NCBI RefSeq assembly: GCF_053902955.1
Contig: NZ_AP045072.1
Direction: 5' to 3' (one strand)
DNA: 24,000 nt
Shown here: positions 9,475 through 21,451 of the stretch, one piece after another
How the letters are laid out: the number at the start of each line of letters is the position of its first letter
How positions within the stretch are numbered: position 1 is the stretch's first letter
The notes under the pieces: model-generated
What the model was told of the DNA's origin: nothing
Seen by the model: the letters and a program-made list of their open reading frames with translations, nothing else
Databases searched by the model: none
Translations under genes and position numbers: made by a program

Positions 9475-10233
9475 ATGTCCTTCATGTCTTCGTTCTTGCA
9501 CGGCAGATTTCTGCATCCAGGCGTGTTTTCGTTATGCGTTTTGCTCCCTTTACTCGCCAGCGCCACCACATCACATATCTCTTTCAGCTACGCCGCCCGC
9601 CAGCGGATGCAAAACCGTGCGCGTTTATTAAAACAGTACCAAACCCATCTGAAAAAGCAGGCCAGCTATATTGTGGAAGGCAATGCCAAAAGCAGAAGGG
9701 CGCTGCGCCAGCATAATCGGGAGCAGATAAAACAGCATCCAGAATGGTTTCCTGCGCCGCTCAAGGCGAGTGACAGACGCTGGCAGGCGCTGGCGGAGAA
9801 CAACCATTTCTTAAGCAGCGACCATCTACACAACATCACCGAAGTGGCGATTCACCGCCTGGAGCAGCAGCTTGGTAAGCCTTACGTCTGGGGCGGCACG
9901 CGGCCCGATCAAGGCTTCGACTGTAGCGGGTTGGTTTTTTATGCCTACAACAAGATCCTCGAGGCGAAGCTCCCGCGTACGGCCAATGAGATGTATCACT
10001 ACCATCGGGCAACGATTGTGGCGAATAACGACCTGCGCCGGGGAGATTTGCTGTTTTTCCATATCCACAGTCGTGAGATAGCCGACCATATGGGCGTATA
10101 TCTTGGAGACGGTCAGTTTATCGAGTCACCGCGCACCGGGGAAACCATTCGGGTAAGTCGGTTAGCCGAACCTTTCTGGCAGGACCATTTTTTAGGCGCG
10201 CGCAGGATTTTGACGGAGGAAACGATTTTGTAG
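9475..10233 (+). CDS. yafL: NlpC/P60-family lipoprotein/secreted hydrolase YafL
   Basis: C-terminal domain GKPYVWGGTRPDQGFDCSGLVFY...RRGDLLFFH...HMGVYLGDGQFIES is diagnostic of NlpC/P60. Exact start uncertain. Confidence 0.92.
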   Translation: MSFMSSFLHGRFLHPGVFSLCVLLPLLASATTSHISFSYAARQRMQNRARLLKQYQTHLKKQASYIVEGNAKSRRALRQHNREQIKQHPEWFPAPLKASDRRWQALAENNHFLSSDHLHNITEVAIHRLEQQLGKPYVWGGTRPDQGFDCSGLVFYAYNKILEAKLPRTANEMYHYHRATIVANNDLRRGDLLFFHIHSREIADHMGVYLGDGQFIESPRTGETIRVSRLAEPFWQDHFLGARRILTEETIL

Positions 10234-10315
10234 GACGGATAAGGCGTTCACGCCGCATCCGGCAATAGTGCACCGATGCCTGATGCGACGCTGCCGCGTC
10301 TTATCATGCCTACGA
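10231..10315. repeat. REP/BIME cluster upstream of rayT
   Basis: gtaggacggataaggcgttcacgccgcatccggcaatagtgcaccgatgcctgatgcgacgctgccgcgtcttatcatgcctac. Confidence 0.85.
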
Positions 10316-10409
10316 GTCTGCGAATTTTTTGCGAGCTGCTTTCCCGATATAACACAACTTCATTGTCGACTTTTCCTTTTCTTCTTATCGTTGAGAAAAA
10401 GGAGTCGCC

Positions 10410-10907
10410 ATGTCTGAATATCGTCGTTATTACATCAAGGGGGGAACATGGTTTTTCACGGTAAATTTACGGAATCGTCGAAGCCAACTTTTGACCACCC
10501 AGTACCAGACACTCCGTAACGCCATTATTAAAGTTAAGCAGGCCAGACCTTTTGAAATTAACGCCTGGGTCGTTTTGCCGGAACATATGCACTGTATCTG
10601 GACATTACCCGAAAGCGATGATGATTTTTCCTCTCGCTGGCGGGAGATTAAAAAACAGTTCACCCATGCTTGTGGATTGCAAAATATGTGGCAACCGCGT
10701 TTTTGGGAGCATGCCATTCGCAATACCAAAGATTATCGTCATCATGTTGATTATATTTACATAAATCCAGTGAAACATGGCTGGGTAAAGCAGGTGAGTG
10801 ATTGGCCATTCTCAACGTTCCATCGCGATGTCGCGAAAGGTTTATATCCCATCGATTGGGCGGGGGACGTAACGGATTTTAGTGCCGGGGAGCGTATTAT
10901 TTTATAA
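10410..10907 (+). CDS. rayT: REP-associated tyrosine transposase RayT (YafM, TnpA_REP / Y1_Tnp)
   Basis: 165 aa with YYIKGGTWFFTVNL and VLPEHMHCIWTLP (HUH-like) motifs; bracketed by REP elements. Confidence 0.95.
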   Translation: MSEYRRYYIKGGTWFFTVNLRNRRSQLLTTQYQTLRNAIIKVKQARPFEINAWVVLPEHMHCIWTLPESDDDFSSRWREIKKQFTHACGLQNMWQPRFWEHAIRNTKDYRHHVDYIYINPVKHGWVKQVSDWPFSTFHRDVAKGLYPIDWAGDVTDFSAGERIIL

Positions 10908-10911
10908 TTGT

Positions 10912-11124
10912 GCGCCGGTGCCGGATGCGCTTACGCTTATCCGGCCTACAAATCTGTGCCTTAACGGTAGGCCGGATAAGGCGTTCACGCCGCATCCGGC
11001 GGTTGTGCGCAGATGCCTGATGCGACGCTAGCGCGTCTTATCATGCCTACAAATCTATGCCTTAACGGTAGGCCGGATAAGGCGTTCACGCCGCATCCGG
11101 CAATTGTGCACCGATGCCGGATTC
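10912..11124. repeat. REP/BIME array downstream of rayT, containing two tandem units
   Basis: Repeated aaatctRtgccttaacggtaggccggataaggcgttcacgccgcatccggc... at about 10950 and about 11049, each with further REP arms such as gcctgatgcgacgctagcgcgtcttatcatgcctac. Confidence 0.88.
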
Positions 11125-12844
<1,720 letters not shown>

Positions 12845-12864
<20 letters not shown>

Positions 12865-13594
12865 TATCGCCGCGCTGCACGGGCAGTCGATTTTTAACGG
12901 TGGTGGGTTGTCGCCGTTAAATAAAATCAGCCCGTCTCATCCGCCAAAACCTGCCACCGTGGCGGTGCCGGAAGAGACGGAGAAAAAAGCGCGCGACGTC
13001 AACGAGAAAACGGCGCTGCTGAAGAAGAAATCCGCCACCGAGCTTGGCGAGCTGGCGACCAGTATCAACACCATTGCCCGTGATGCACATATGGAAGCGA
13101 ATCTGGAGATGGAGATTGTTCCCCAGGGACTGCGCGTGCTGATTAAAGATGACCAGAACCGCAATATGTTTGAACGCGGCAGCGCGAAGATTATGCCGTT
13201 CTTTAAAACGCTGCTGGTGGAGCTCGCGCCAGTGTTCGACTCGCTCGATAACAAAATTATTATTACCGGGCATACCGATGCGATGGCCTACAAAAACAAT
13301 ATCTACAACAACTGGAACCTTTCGGGCGATCGCGCGCTTTCGGCTCGTCGGGTGCTGGAAGAGGCCGGAATGCCGGAAAATAAAGTGATGCAGGTAAGCG
13401 CAATGGCGGACCAGATGCTGCTGGATGCCAAAAATCCGCAAAGCGCGGGCAACCGGCGCATTGAGATTATGGTGCTGACCAAAAGTGCGTCAGATACGCT
13501 GTATCAATACTTTGGTCAGCATGGGGATAAAGTGGTGCAGCCGCTGGTGCAAAAGCTGGATAAGCAGCAGGTGCTTTCGCAGCGAGCGCGTTAA
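12845..13594 (+). pseudogene. lafU: N-terminally truncated lateral flagellar stator protein LafU (MbhA, MotB-like)
   Basis: OmpA/MotB C-terminal domain (LIITGHTDAMAYKN...NWNLSGDRALSARRVLEEAGM...NRRIEIMVLT). The MotB-like transmembrane N-terminus is missing; the first part of ORF 12704-13594 is antisense to lfhA. Confidence 0.9.
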
Positions 13595-13630
13595 ATGCTG
13601 AATCTTTACGCATTTCTCAAACCCTGAAAT

Positions 13631-13650
13631 CACTGTATACTTTACCAGTG
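13631..13650 (+). promoter_or_regulatory. LexA (SOS) box upstream of dinB
   Basis: cactgtatactttaccagtg fits the CTG-N10-CAG consensus just upstream of dinB. Confidence 0.88.
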
Positions 13651-13664
13651 TTGAGAGGTGAGCA

Positions 13665-14720
13665 ATGCGTAAAATCATTCATGTGGATATGGACTGCTTT
13701 TTCGCAGCGGTGGAGATGCGCGACAATCCCGCCCTGCGCGATATCCCTATTGCTATTGGCGGCAGCCGCGAACGACGGGGGGTAATCAGCACCGCCAATT
13801 ATCCCGCGCGTAAATTTGGCGTACGTAGCGCTATGCCGACAGGGATGGCGCTCAAATTATGCCCGCATCTCACCTTGCTTCCGGGGCGCTTTGACGCCTA
13901 CAAAGAAGCCTCAAATCATATCCGTGAAATCTTCTCGCGCTACACCTCGCGTATTGAACCGTTGTCACTGGATGAAGCCTATCTCGATGTCACTGATAGC
14001 GTCCATTGCCACGGTTCTGCGACCCTCATCGCCCAGGAAATCCGCCAGACGATCTTCAACGAGCTGCAACTGACGGCATCTGCGGGCGTGGCACCAGTAA
14101 AGTTTCTCGCCAAAATCGCCTCCGACATGAATAAACCCAACGGTCAGTTTGTGATTACGCCGGCAGAAGTTCCGGCATTTCTGCAAACCTTACCGCTGGC
14201 AAAAATTCCCGGCGTCGGCAAAGTCTCGGCGGCAAAACTGGAAGCGATGGGGCTGCGGACCTGCGGTGATGTGCAAAAGTGTGATCTGGTGATTCTGCTT
14301 AAACGCTTTGGCAAATTTGGCCGCATTTTGTGGGAGCGTAGTCAGGGGATTGACGAGCGCGACGTTAACAGTGAACGGTTGCGAAAATCCGTCGGCGTGG
14401 AACGCACGATGGCGGAAGATATTCATCACTGGTCTGAATGTGAAGCGATTATCGAGCGGCTGTATCCTGAACTTGAACGCCGTCTGGCAAAGGTGAAACC
14501 TGATTTACTGATCGCCCGTCAGGGAGTGAAATTAAAGTTCGACGATTTTCAGCAAACTACTCAGGAGCACGTCTGGCCACGGCTGAATAAAGCTGATCTA
14601 ATCGCCACTGCGCGTAAAACCTGGGATGAACGCCGCGGCGGGCGCGGTGTGCGACTGGTGGGGCTGCATGTGACGTTACTTGACCCGCAAATGGAAAGAC
14701 AACTGGTGTTGGGATTATGA
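13665..14720 (+). CDS. dinB: DNA polymerase IV
   Basis: 351 aa [57 protein letters not shown]..., Y-family polymerase. Confidence 0.98.
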   Translation: MRKIIHVDMDCFFAAVEMRDNPALRDIPIAIGGSRERRGVISTANYPARKFGVRSAMPTGMALKLCPHLTLLPGRFDAYKEASNHIREIFSRYTSRIEPLSLDEAYLDVTDSVHCHGSATLIAQEIRQTIFNELQLTASAGVAPVKFLAKIASDMNKPNGQFVITPAEVPAFLQTLPLAKIPGVGKVSAAKLEAMGLRTCGDVQKCDLVILLKRFGKFGRILWERSQGIDERDVNSERLRKSVGVERTMAEDIHHWSECEAIIERLYPELERRLAKVKPDLLIARQGVKLKFDDFQQTTQEHVWPRLNKADLIATARKTWDERRGGRGVRLVGLHVTLLDPQMERQLVLGL

Positions 14721-15169
14721 ATAACATACAAATAAGAGACTATCAGCCTGGCGATTTTCAGCAACTATGCGCTATTTTCCTTAGAGCGGTTACGATGACC
14801 GCCAGTCAGCATTATTCACCACAACAAATTGCCGCCTGGGCGCAGATTGACGAATCTCGCTGGAAGGAGAAACTCGCGAAATCACAAGTGCGGGTTGCAG
14901 TCATTAATGCAAAACTGGTCGGCTTTATTACCTGCGTTGAACACTATATCGATATGTTATTTGTTGACCCTGAATACACCCGCCGCGGGGTTGCCAGCGC
15001 CTTGTTAAAACCTTTGATTAAGTCTGAATCCGAACTTACGGTGGACGCCAGCATAACCGCAAAACCCTTTTTTGAACGTTATGGTTTTCAGACAGTTAAG
15101 CAGCAGCACGTTGAATGCAGGGGAGCGTGGTTTACTAATTTTTCTATGCGATATAAACCGCAACATTAA
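14717..15169 (+). CDS. yafP: GNAT-family N-acetyltransferase YafP
   Basis: 150 aa; GNAT-like [25 protein letters not shown]; overlaps the dinB stop by ATGA. Confidence 0.93.
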   Translation: MNNIQIRDYQPGDFQQLCAIFLRAVTMTASQHYSPQQIAAWAQIDESRWKEKLAKSQVRVAVINAKLVGFITCVEHYIDMLFVDPEYTRRGVASALLKPLIKSESELTVDASITAKPFFERYGFQTVKQQHVECRGAWFTNFSMRYKPQH

Positions 15170-15346
15170 ATCCAGCTTGCAATGAAAATAACACCCGCCT
15201 GGTATGTGCGCGTTTTCTTATTCCACAAACTGCAAGGAGGTAAATCATGACAAATCCTTTATCAATGACTCTTTGCAGACCTTTCCAGGATTAATTCTTT
15301 TTTTCTTGCCCTGGATTCGTCTGCCATTTCCTGATTTTTATATTTA

Positions 15347-15473
15347 TATACTCTAAATAATTCGAGTTGCAGGAAGGCGACAAGCGAGTGAATCCCCAGG
15401 AGCTTACTAAAGTAAGTGACTGGGGTGAACGAACGCGGTCGCAGTACATGCAACTTGAAGTATGACGAGTATA
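15347..15473. repeat. Short inverted-repeat-bounded intergenic element, MITE-like (resembles enterobacterial RSA repeat)
   Basis: Left end TATACTCtaaATAattcGAGTTGCA pairs with right end TGCAACTTgaagTATgacGAGTATA; 127 bp, noncoding. Confidence 0.75.
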
Positions 15474-15486
15474 AATGGAATGATAC

Positions 15487-15690
15487 ATGGGCAAATATAT
15501 TCGTCCCTTATCCGATGCGGTATTTACCATCGCATCTGATGACCTGTGGATCGAGAGTTTAGCGATCCAACAATTACACACCACGGCAAATTTACCCAAC
15601 ATGCAGCGCGTTGTGGGGATGCCAGATTTACATCCCGGACGCGGCTACCCGATTGGCGCAGCGTTCTTCTCTGTTGGTCGTTTTTACCCG
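15487..15690 (+). pseudogene. ykfJ: N-terminal fragment of RtcB-like RNA ligase (YkfJ)
   Basis: [68 protein letters not shown], an RtcB N-terminus, then an abrupt loss of RtcB similarity. Confidence 0.88.
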
Positions 15691-16041
15691 GCAAGACGTC
15701 GCGGTAACGGTGCTGGAAACAGAAACGGGCCGCTACTCTGACACGCTGCGTTCGGCGCTGATTTCTCTGGATGGCGATAATGCATGGGCATTAAGCGAAA
15801 GTTGGTGCGGCACTATTCAGTGTATTTGTCCGAGTCCGTATCGGCCTCATCATGGGCGCAAAAACTGGTTTCTGGGCATGCTAACAAGCGGCTGGCGCGA
15901 TTGCTGATTGCCTGGAAGCTGGAACAACAGCAACAGGAAAATAGCGCGGCGCTGAAATCGCAGCGGCGAATGTTCCATCACCAGATTGAACGTGGCAACC
16001 CGCGACGAACGTTCACAGGGATGGCTTTTATCGAAGGATAA
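15687..16041 (+). pseudogene. prfH: prfH (peptide chain release factor homologue) remnant with internal deletion and frame change
   Basis: Frame a: [64 protein letters not shown] (to about 15875). Frame b: [54 protein letters not shown] (about 15876-16041). Confidence 0.88.
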
Positions 16042-16050
16042 TGAAGGATG

Positions 16051-16086
16051 AAACTGCCGGAAGGCGATTAAACGCCATCCGGCAGC
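16051..16086. repeat. REP-like hairpin downstream of pepD
   Basis: ctgccggaaggcgattaaacgccatccggcag. Confidence 0.75.
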
Positions 16087-16097
16087 AAATCAAATAA

Positions 16098-17555
16098 TTA
16101 CTTCGCCGGAATTTCTTTCAGCAGTTCAGTCAGTAGTGTCCAGTAATGACCTACGCTTTCGATGTGAACTTGCTCATCCGGAGAGTGTGGACCGGTGATG
16201 GTTGGCCCGATAGAAACCATGTCCATTTCCGGATACGGTTTTTTGAACAGACCACATTCCAGGCCCGCGTGGATAATCTGGATGTTCGGCGTCTTGTTGA
16301 ACAGGCGCTGATAGGTTTCACGTACCAGATGCATCACCGGAGAATTAGCGTCCGGCTGCCAGCCAGGATATGCGCCTTTCGCTTCGGTTTTCGCGCCAGC
16401 CAGTTTACCCAGCGAATCCAGCATGCTCACCACGTAGTCTTTACCGCTGTCGATCAGAGAACGGATCAGGCAGTGAATTTCTACGTTATTGTCAGTCATG
16501 GTCACCACACCGACGTTCAGGGAGGTTTCGACCACACCTTTTGCCACGTCGGAGTTGCGGATCACACCGTTCGGGGTGGCGTTCAGCAGACGAATAAAGG
16601 TATCGCGAGATTTCGCAATCAGGGCAGCTTTATCGTTCGCAACAGAGTCCAGCAACAAGGCCAGATTTTTCTCTTTCTCTGCCAGCTCGTTTTTCAGGAT
16701 CTCCTGATAGGTATTCACCAGAGATTTCAAAGCGTCGACTTTATCAGCTGCGACAGCAATGGTCGCAAAGGCTTCACGCGGGATGGCGTTACGCAGTGTG
16801 CCGCCGTTGAAATCGATAAGGCGCAGGTCCAGTTCTTCTGCATGACCCGCCAGGAAGCGCACCAGCAGTTTGTTGGCATTACCCAGGCCAACGTGGATTT
16901 CACCGCCGGAGTGACCGCCTTTCAGGCCTTTTAAGGTTAACTTGAAGGTTTCAAAGCCAGCTGGAACCGCTTCACGATCTAAATGCAGGTTGGAGGTGAA
17001 GTCGATACCTCCCGCACAACCCATGTAGATTTCACCTTCTTCTTCGGAGTCGGTGTTAATCAGAATATCAGCCTGCAACCAGTTGCTCTGTAAGCCAAAA
17101 GCACCGTCCATACCGGCTTCTTCGGTCATGGTCAGCAGCACTTCCAGCGGGCCGTGAACCACGTTTTCGTCAGCCAGAACCGCCAGTGCAGAGGCCATAC
17201 CAATGCCGTTATCCGCACCCAGCGTGGTGCCGCGTGCTTTAACCCATTCGCCATCAATATAAGGCTGGATAGGATCTTTGGTGAAGTCATGCACGGTGTC
17301 GTTATTTTTTTGCGGCACCATATCGAGGTGGGCCTGCAAGACGACCGGTTTACGATTTTCCATACCTGCGGTAGCAGGTTTACGAATCAGGATATTACCT
17401 ACCTGATCGCGTTCGACATGGAAACCTTTCTCTTTTGCCCAACCAACAATGTATTCAGCGAGTTGCTCTTCATGATAGGACGGGTGAGGAATAGAACAGA
17501 TTTTGGCAAAAATATCCCACAGCGGCTGTGGAGATAATTGAGACAGTTCAGACAC
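16098..17555 (-). CDS. pepD: Cytosol nonspecific dipeptidase (aminoacyl-histidine dipeptidase) PepD
   Basis: 485 aa MSELSQLSPQPLWDIFAKICSIPHPSYHEEQL..., M20-family metallopeptidase. Confidence 0.97.
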   Translation of the reverse strand: MSELSQLSPQPLWDIFAKICSIPHPSYHEEQLAEYIVGWAKEKGFHVERDQVGNILIRKPATAGMENRKPVVLQAHLDMVPQKNNDTVHDFTKDPIQPYIDGEWVKARGTTLGADNGIGMASALAVLADENVVHGPLEVLLTMTEEAGMDGAFGLQSNWLQADILINTDSEEEGEIYMGCAGGIDFTSNLHLDREAVPAGFETFKLTLKGLKGGHSGGEIHVGLGNANKLLVRFLAGHAEELDLRLIDFNGGTLRNAIPREAFATIAVAADKVDALKSLVNTYQEILKNELAEKEKNLALLLDSVANDKAALIAKSRDTFIRLLNATPNGVIRNSDVAKGVVETSLNVGVVTMTDNNVEIHCLIRSLIDSGKDYVVSMLDSLGKLAGAKTEAKGAYPGWQPDANSPVMHLVRETYQRLFNKTPNIQIIHAGLECGLFKKPYPEMDMVSIGPTITGPHSPDEQVHIESVGHYWTLLTELLKEIPAK

Positions 17556-17815
17556 GTTAAGTCTCCTTGTCGATCACCCGCAAAACAGTATTGCAGGTCA
17601 CAGGGTTAGCAGAAAATGTTGTCAACACAAGACAGGCTTGCGAGATATGTTTGAGAATACCACTTTATCCCGCGTCAGGGAGAGGCAGTGCGTAAAAAGA
17701 CGCGGACTCATGTGAAATACTGGTTTTTAGTGCGCCAGATCTCTATAATCTCGCGCAACCTATTTTCCTCTCGAACACTTTTTAAGCCGTAGATAAACAG
17801 GCTGGGACACTTCAC

Positions 17816-18274
17816 ATGAGCGAAAAATACATCGTCACCTGGGACATGTTGCAGATCCATGCACGTAAACTCGCAAGCCGACTGATGCCTTCTGAACAAT
17901 GGAAAGGCATTATTGCCGTAAGCCGTGGCGGTCTGGTACCGGGTGCGTTACTGGCGCGTGAACTGGGTATTCGTCATGTCGATACCGTTTGTATTTCCAG
18001 CTACGATCACGACAACCAGCGCGAGCTTAAAGTGCTGAAACGCGCAGAAGGCGATGGCGAAGGCTTCATCGTTATTGATGACCTGGTAGATACCGGTGGT
18101 ACTGCGGTTGCGATTCGTGAAATGTATCCAAAAGCGCACTTTGTCACCATCTTCGCAAAACCGGCTGGTCGTCCGCTGGTTGATGATTATGTTGTTGATA
18201 TCCCGCAAAATACCTGGATCGAACAGCCGTGGGATATGGGCGTCGTATTCGTGCCGCCAATCTCCGGTCGCTAA
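17816..18274 (+). CDS. gpt: Xanthine-guanine phosphoribosyltransferase
   Basis: 152 aa [39 protein letters not shown]...; PRPP motif [12 protein letters not shown]. Confidence 0.98.
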   Translation: MSEKYIVTWDMLQIHARKLASRLMPSEQWKGIIAVSRGGLVPGALLARELGIRHVDTVCISSYDHDNQRELKVLKRAEGDGEGFIVIDDLVDTGGTAVAIREMYPKAHFVTIFAKPAGRPLVDDYVVDIPQNTWIEQPWDMGVVFVPPISGR

Positions 18275-18365
18275 TCTTTTCAACGCCTGGCACTGCCGGG
18301 CGTTGTTCTTTTTAACTTCAGGCGGGTTACAATAGTTTCCAGTAAGTATTCTGGAGGCTGCATCC

Positions 18366-19610
18366 ATGACACAGGCAAACCTGAGCGAAACCCTGTTCAA
18401 ACCCCGCTTTAAACATCCTGAAACCTCGACGCTAGTCCGCCGCTTTAGTCACGGCGCACAACTGCCTGTGCAGTCGGCCCTTGATGGTAAAACCATCCCT
18501 CACTGGTATCGCATGATTAACCGTCTGATGTGGATCTGGCGCGGCATTGACCCCCGTGAAATCCTCGACGTCCAGGCGCGTATTGTGATGAGCGATGCCG
18601 AACGTACCGACGATGATTTATACGATACGGTGATTGGCTACCGCGGCGGCAACTGGATTTATGAGTGGGCTACCCAGGCGATGGTGTGGCAACAAAAAGC
18701 CTGTGCGGAAGAAGATCCGCAACTCAGCGGTCGATACTGGCTGCATGCGGCTACGTTGTACAACATTGCTGCCTATCCTCATCTGAAAGGAGATGACCTG
18801 GCCGAGCAAGCGCAGGCTTTGTCAAACCGCGCCTATGAAGAGGCCGCTCAGCGTCTGCCGGGCACGATGCGGCAGATGGAGTTTACCGTACCCGGCGGTG
18901 CGCCCATCACCGGCTTTTTGCATATGCCGAAAGGCGATGGCCCGTTCCCGACAGTATTAATGTGTGGTGGTCTGGATGCGATGCAGACGGACTATTACAG
19001 CCTGTATGAACGTTATTTTGCGCCGCGCGGCATTGCTATGCTGACTATTGATATGCCGTCGGTGGGCTTTTCTTCAAAATGGAAGCTCACCCAGGACTCC
19101 AGCCTGTTGCATCAGCACGTTTTAAAGGCGCTGCCTAACGTACCGTGGGTGGATCACACTCGCGTCGCGGCCTTTGGTTTCCGTTTCGGCGCTAACGTTG
19201 CCGTGCGTCTGGCATACCTTGAATCGCCGCGTCTGAAAGTGGTTGCCTGTCTTGGTCCGGTAGTTCATACCCTGTTGAGTGATTTTAAGTGCCAGCAACA
19301 GGTGCCGGAAATGTATCTTGACGTTCTGGCCAGTCGTTTAGGGATGCATGATGCTTCCGATGAAGCGTTGCGAGTGGAGTTGAATCGCTATTCATTAAAA
19401 GTGCAAGGATTGCTGGGACGTCGCTGCCCAACGCCAATGTTATCAGGCTACTGGAAGAACGATCCGTTCAGCCCGGAAGAGGACTCACGCTTAATCACGT
19501 CGTCATCTGCTGACGGTAAATTATTAGAGATCCCATTTAACCCGGTGTATCGGAATTTTGACAAAGGCCTTCAGGAAATCACAGACTGGATCGAAAAACG
19601 TTTGTGTTAA
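18366..19610 (+). CDS. frsA: FrsA (YafA), alpha/beta-hydrolase-like enzyme IIA(Glc)-interacting protein
   Basis: 414 aa [32 protein letters not shown]... Confidence 0.96.
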   Translation: MTQANLSETLFKPRFKHPETSTLVRRFSHGAQLPVQSALDGKTIPHWYRMINRLMWIWRGIDPREILDVQARIVMSDAERTDDDLYDTVIGYRGGNWIYEWATQAMVWQQKACAEEDPQLSGRYWLHAATLYNIAAYPHLKGDDLAEQAQALSNRAYEEAAQRLPGTMRQMEFTVPGGAPITGFLHMPKGDGPFPTVLMCGGLDAMQTDYYSLYERYFAPRGIAMLTIDMPSVGFSSKWKLTQDSSLLHQHVLKALPNVPWVDHTRVAAFGFRFGANVAVRLAYLESPRLKVVACLGPVVHTLLSDFKCQQQVPEMYLDVLASRLGMHDASDEALRVELNRYSLKVQGLLGRRCPTPMLSGYWKNDPFSPEEDSRLITSSSADGKLLEIPFNPVYRNFDKGLQEITDWIEKRLC

Positions 19611-20069
<459 letters not shown>

Positions 20070-20077
20070 ATGAAATG

Positions 20078-20102
20078 TGCCGGATGCATCACATCCGGCA
20101 AT
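20078..20102. terminator. REP-like hairpin between convergent crl and phoE
   Basis: tgccggatg-catca-catccggca. Confidence 0.65.
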
Positions 20103-20107
20103 ATTCA

Positions 20108-21163
20108 TTAAAACTGATACGTCATCCCAACCGCGACAATATCATCATTATTAATATTTAATTTGTTATCGCTTTCCAGTTGGTTGATTTTATAATCAAC
20201 AAACGCTGACATATTTTTGTTGAAATAATACGTAGCACCAACATCGACATAATTGACCAGATCTTCATCACCGATGCCCTCAATATCTTTCCCTTTCGAT
20301 AAGACATAACCCAGCGATGGACGCAGACCAAAGTCAAACTGGTATTGAGCGACCGCTTCAAAGTTCTGCGTCTTATTGGCAAAGCCGCCAGTTATTGGCG
20401 TCATTTTGCGTGTTTCAGAATAGAAAGTTGCCAGATAAATATTATTGGCATCGTATTTCAGACCTGTTGCCCATGCTTCTGCACGCTTGCCTGTGCCACG
20501 GCTTTGCAGGTTCTGCTCGTTGGTGCGATCAGAGTTGGTATAGGCTCCACTGATGGCGAAATCGCTGCCACCAAAGTCATATGTCAATGACGTGCCGAAG
20601 CCATCGCCGTTTTGCTTTTTAACGTCGCGGTTTTCGTTTTTCCCTTGATATTGCAGGGTTAAGTTCAGGCCATCGATAACGCCGAAGAAGTCGGTGTTCC
20701 GATACGTCGCCAGACCGCTGGCGCGTTTGGTCATAAAGTTGTCGGTCTGCGCCGAGGAGTCGCCACCAAATTCCGGGAACATATCGGTCCAGGCTTCCAC
20801 GTCATACAACGCGCCCAGGTTACGACCATAATCGAAAGAACCCAAATCTTTATATTTCAACCCGGCAAAAGCGAGACGTGTTTTTTGCTGTGCAGTATCA
20901 CTCTCTGCTTTATTACCGGCAAACTCTGCTTCCCAGCGACCATAACCGGTCAATTGATCGTTAATTTGTGTTTCGCCTTTAAAACCAAAACGGATATAAC
21001 TCTGGTCGCCATCTTTACTGTCATTATCACTCATATAATGCATGGCTTTAACTTTGCCATAGACATCCAGTTTATTACCGTCTTTGTTATATATTTCTGC
21101 GGCCTGTACGGATACAGATGCCACAATGCCCATCACCACTAATGCCAGAGTGCTCTTTTTCAT
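20108..21163 (-). CDS. phoE: Outer membrane phosphoporin PhoE
   Basis: 351 aa from [37 protein letters not shown]...GMTYQF. Confidence 0.97.
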   Translation of the reverse strand: MKKSTLALVVMGIVASVSVQAAEIYNKDGNKLDVYGKVKAMHYMSDNDSKDGDQSYIRFGFKGETQINDQLTGYGRWEAEFAGNKAESDTAQQKTRLAFAGLKYKDLGSFDYGRNLGALYDVEAWTDMFPEFGGDSSAQTDNFMTKRASGLATYRNTDFFGVIDGLNLTLQYQGKNENRDVKKQNGDGFGTSLTYDFGGSDFAISGAYTNSDRTNEQNLQSRGTGKRAEAWATGLKYDANNIYLATFYSETRKMTPITGGFANKTQNFEAVAQYQFDFGLRPSLGYVLSKGKDIEGIGDEDLVNYVDVGATYYFNKNMSAFVDYKINQLESDNKLNINNDDIVAVGMTYQF

Positions 21164-21245
21164 TTTCATTCCTGATTTTAATTAACGCGCGAATATTCAG
21201 CGGGAGAGTCCCGTTGAAAACAGGAAAGTTTTTAACCTGAGATTG

Positions 21246-21262
21246 TTAAAGATATATTACAG
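21246..21262 (-). promoter_or_regulatory. Putative Pho box upstream of phoE
   Basis: Reverse complement CTGTAATATATCTTTAA has the CTGTAAT / CT(T)TAA Pho-box half-site character and lies in the phoE promoter region. Confidence 0.75.
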
Positions 21263-21451
21263 ATTAATAATATTCTTAAAATGTGGTAATTTATTAAATC
21301 TGTAATAAAAGCGTAAACAACTGCCGCTACGCTTGCTGATCCCGCGCAACAAAACGCCATGCTTTGCTCGCAGATGGTTGGCAACCGACGACAGTCCTGC
21401 TAAAACGTTCGTTTGATATCATTTTTTCCTAAAATTGAATGGCAGAGAATC

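Noticed and set aside
10231-11124. Repeats around rayT considered as a CRISPR array
   Set aside because: Units are REP palindromes with canonical gccggat...atccggc arms, irregularly spaced, without unique equal-length spacers or cas genes.
12917-13441. 174 aa minus-strand ORF
   Set aside because: Antisense of the MotB-like lafU remnant.
16146-16934. 262 aa plus-strand ORF
   Set aside because: Long, but entirely antisense to the well-supported pepD; composition is that of a reverse-frame shadow.
17948-18400. 150 aa minus-strand ORF
   Set aside because: Antisense of gpt; gpt identity is secure.
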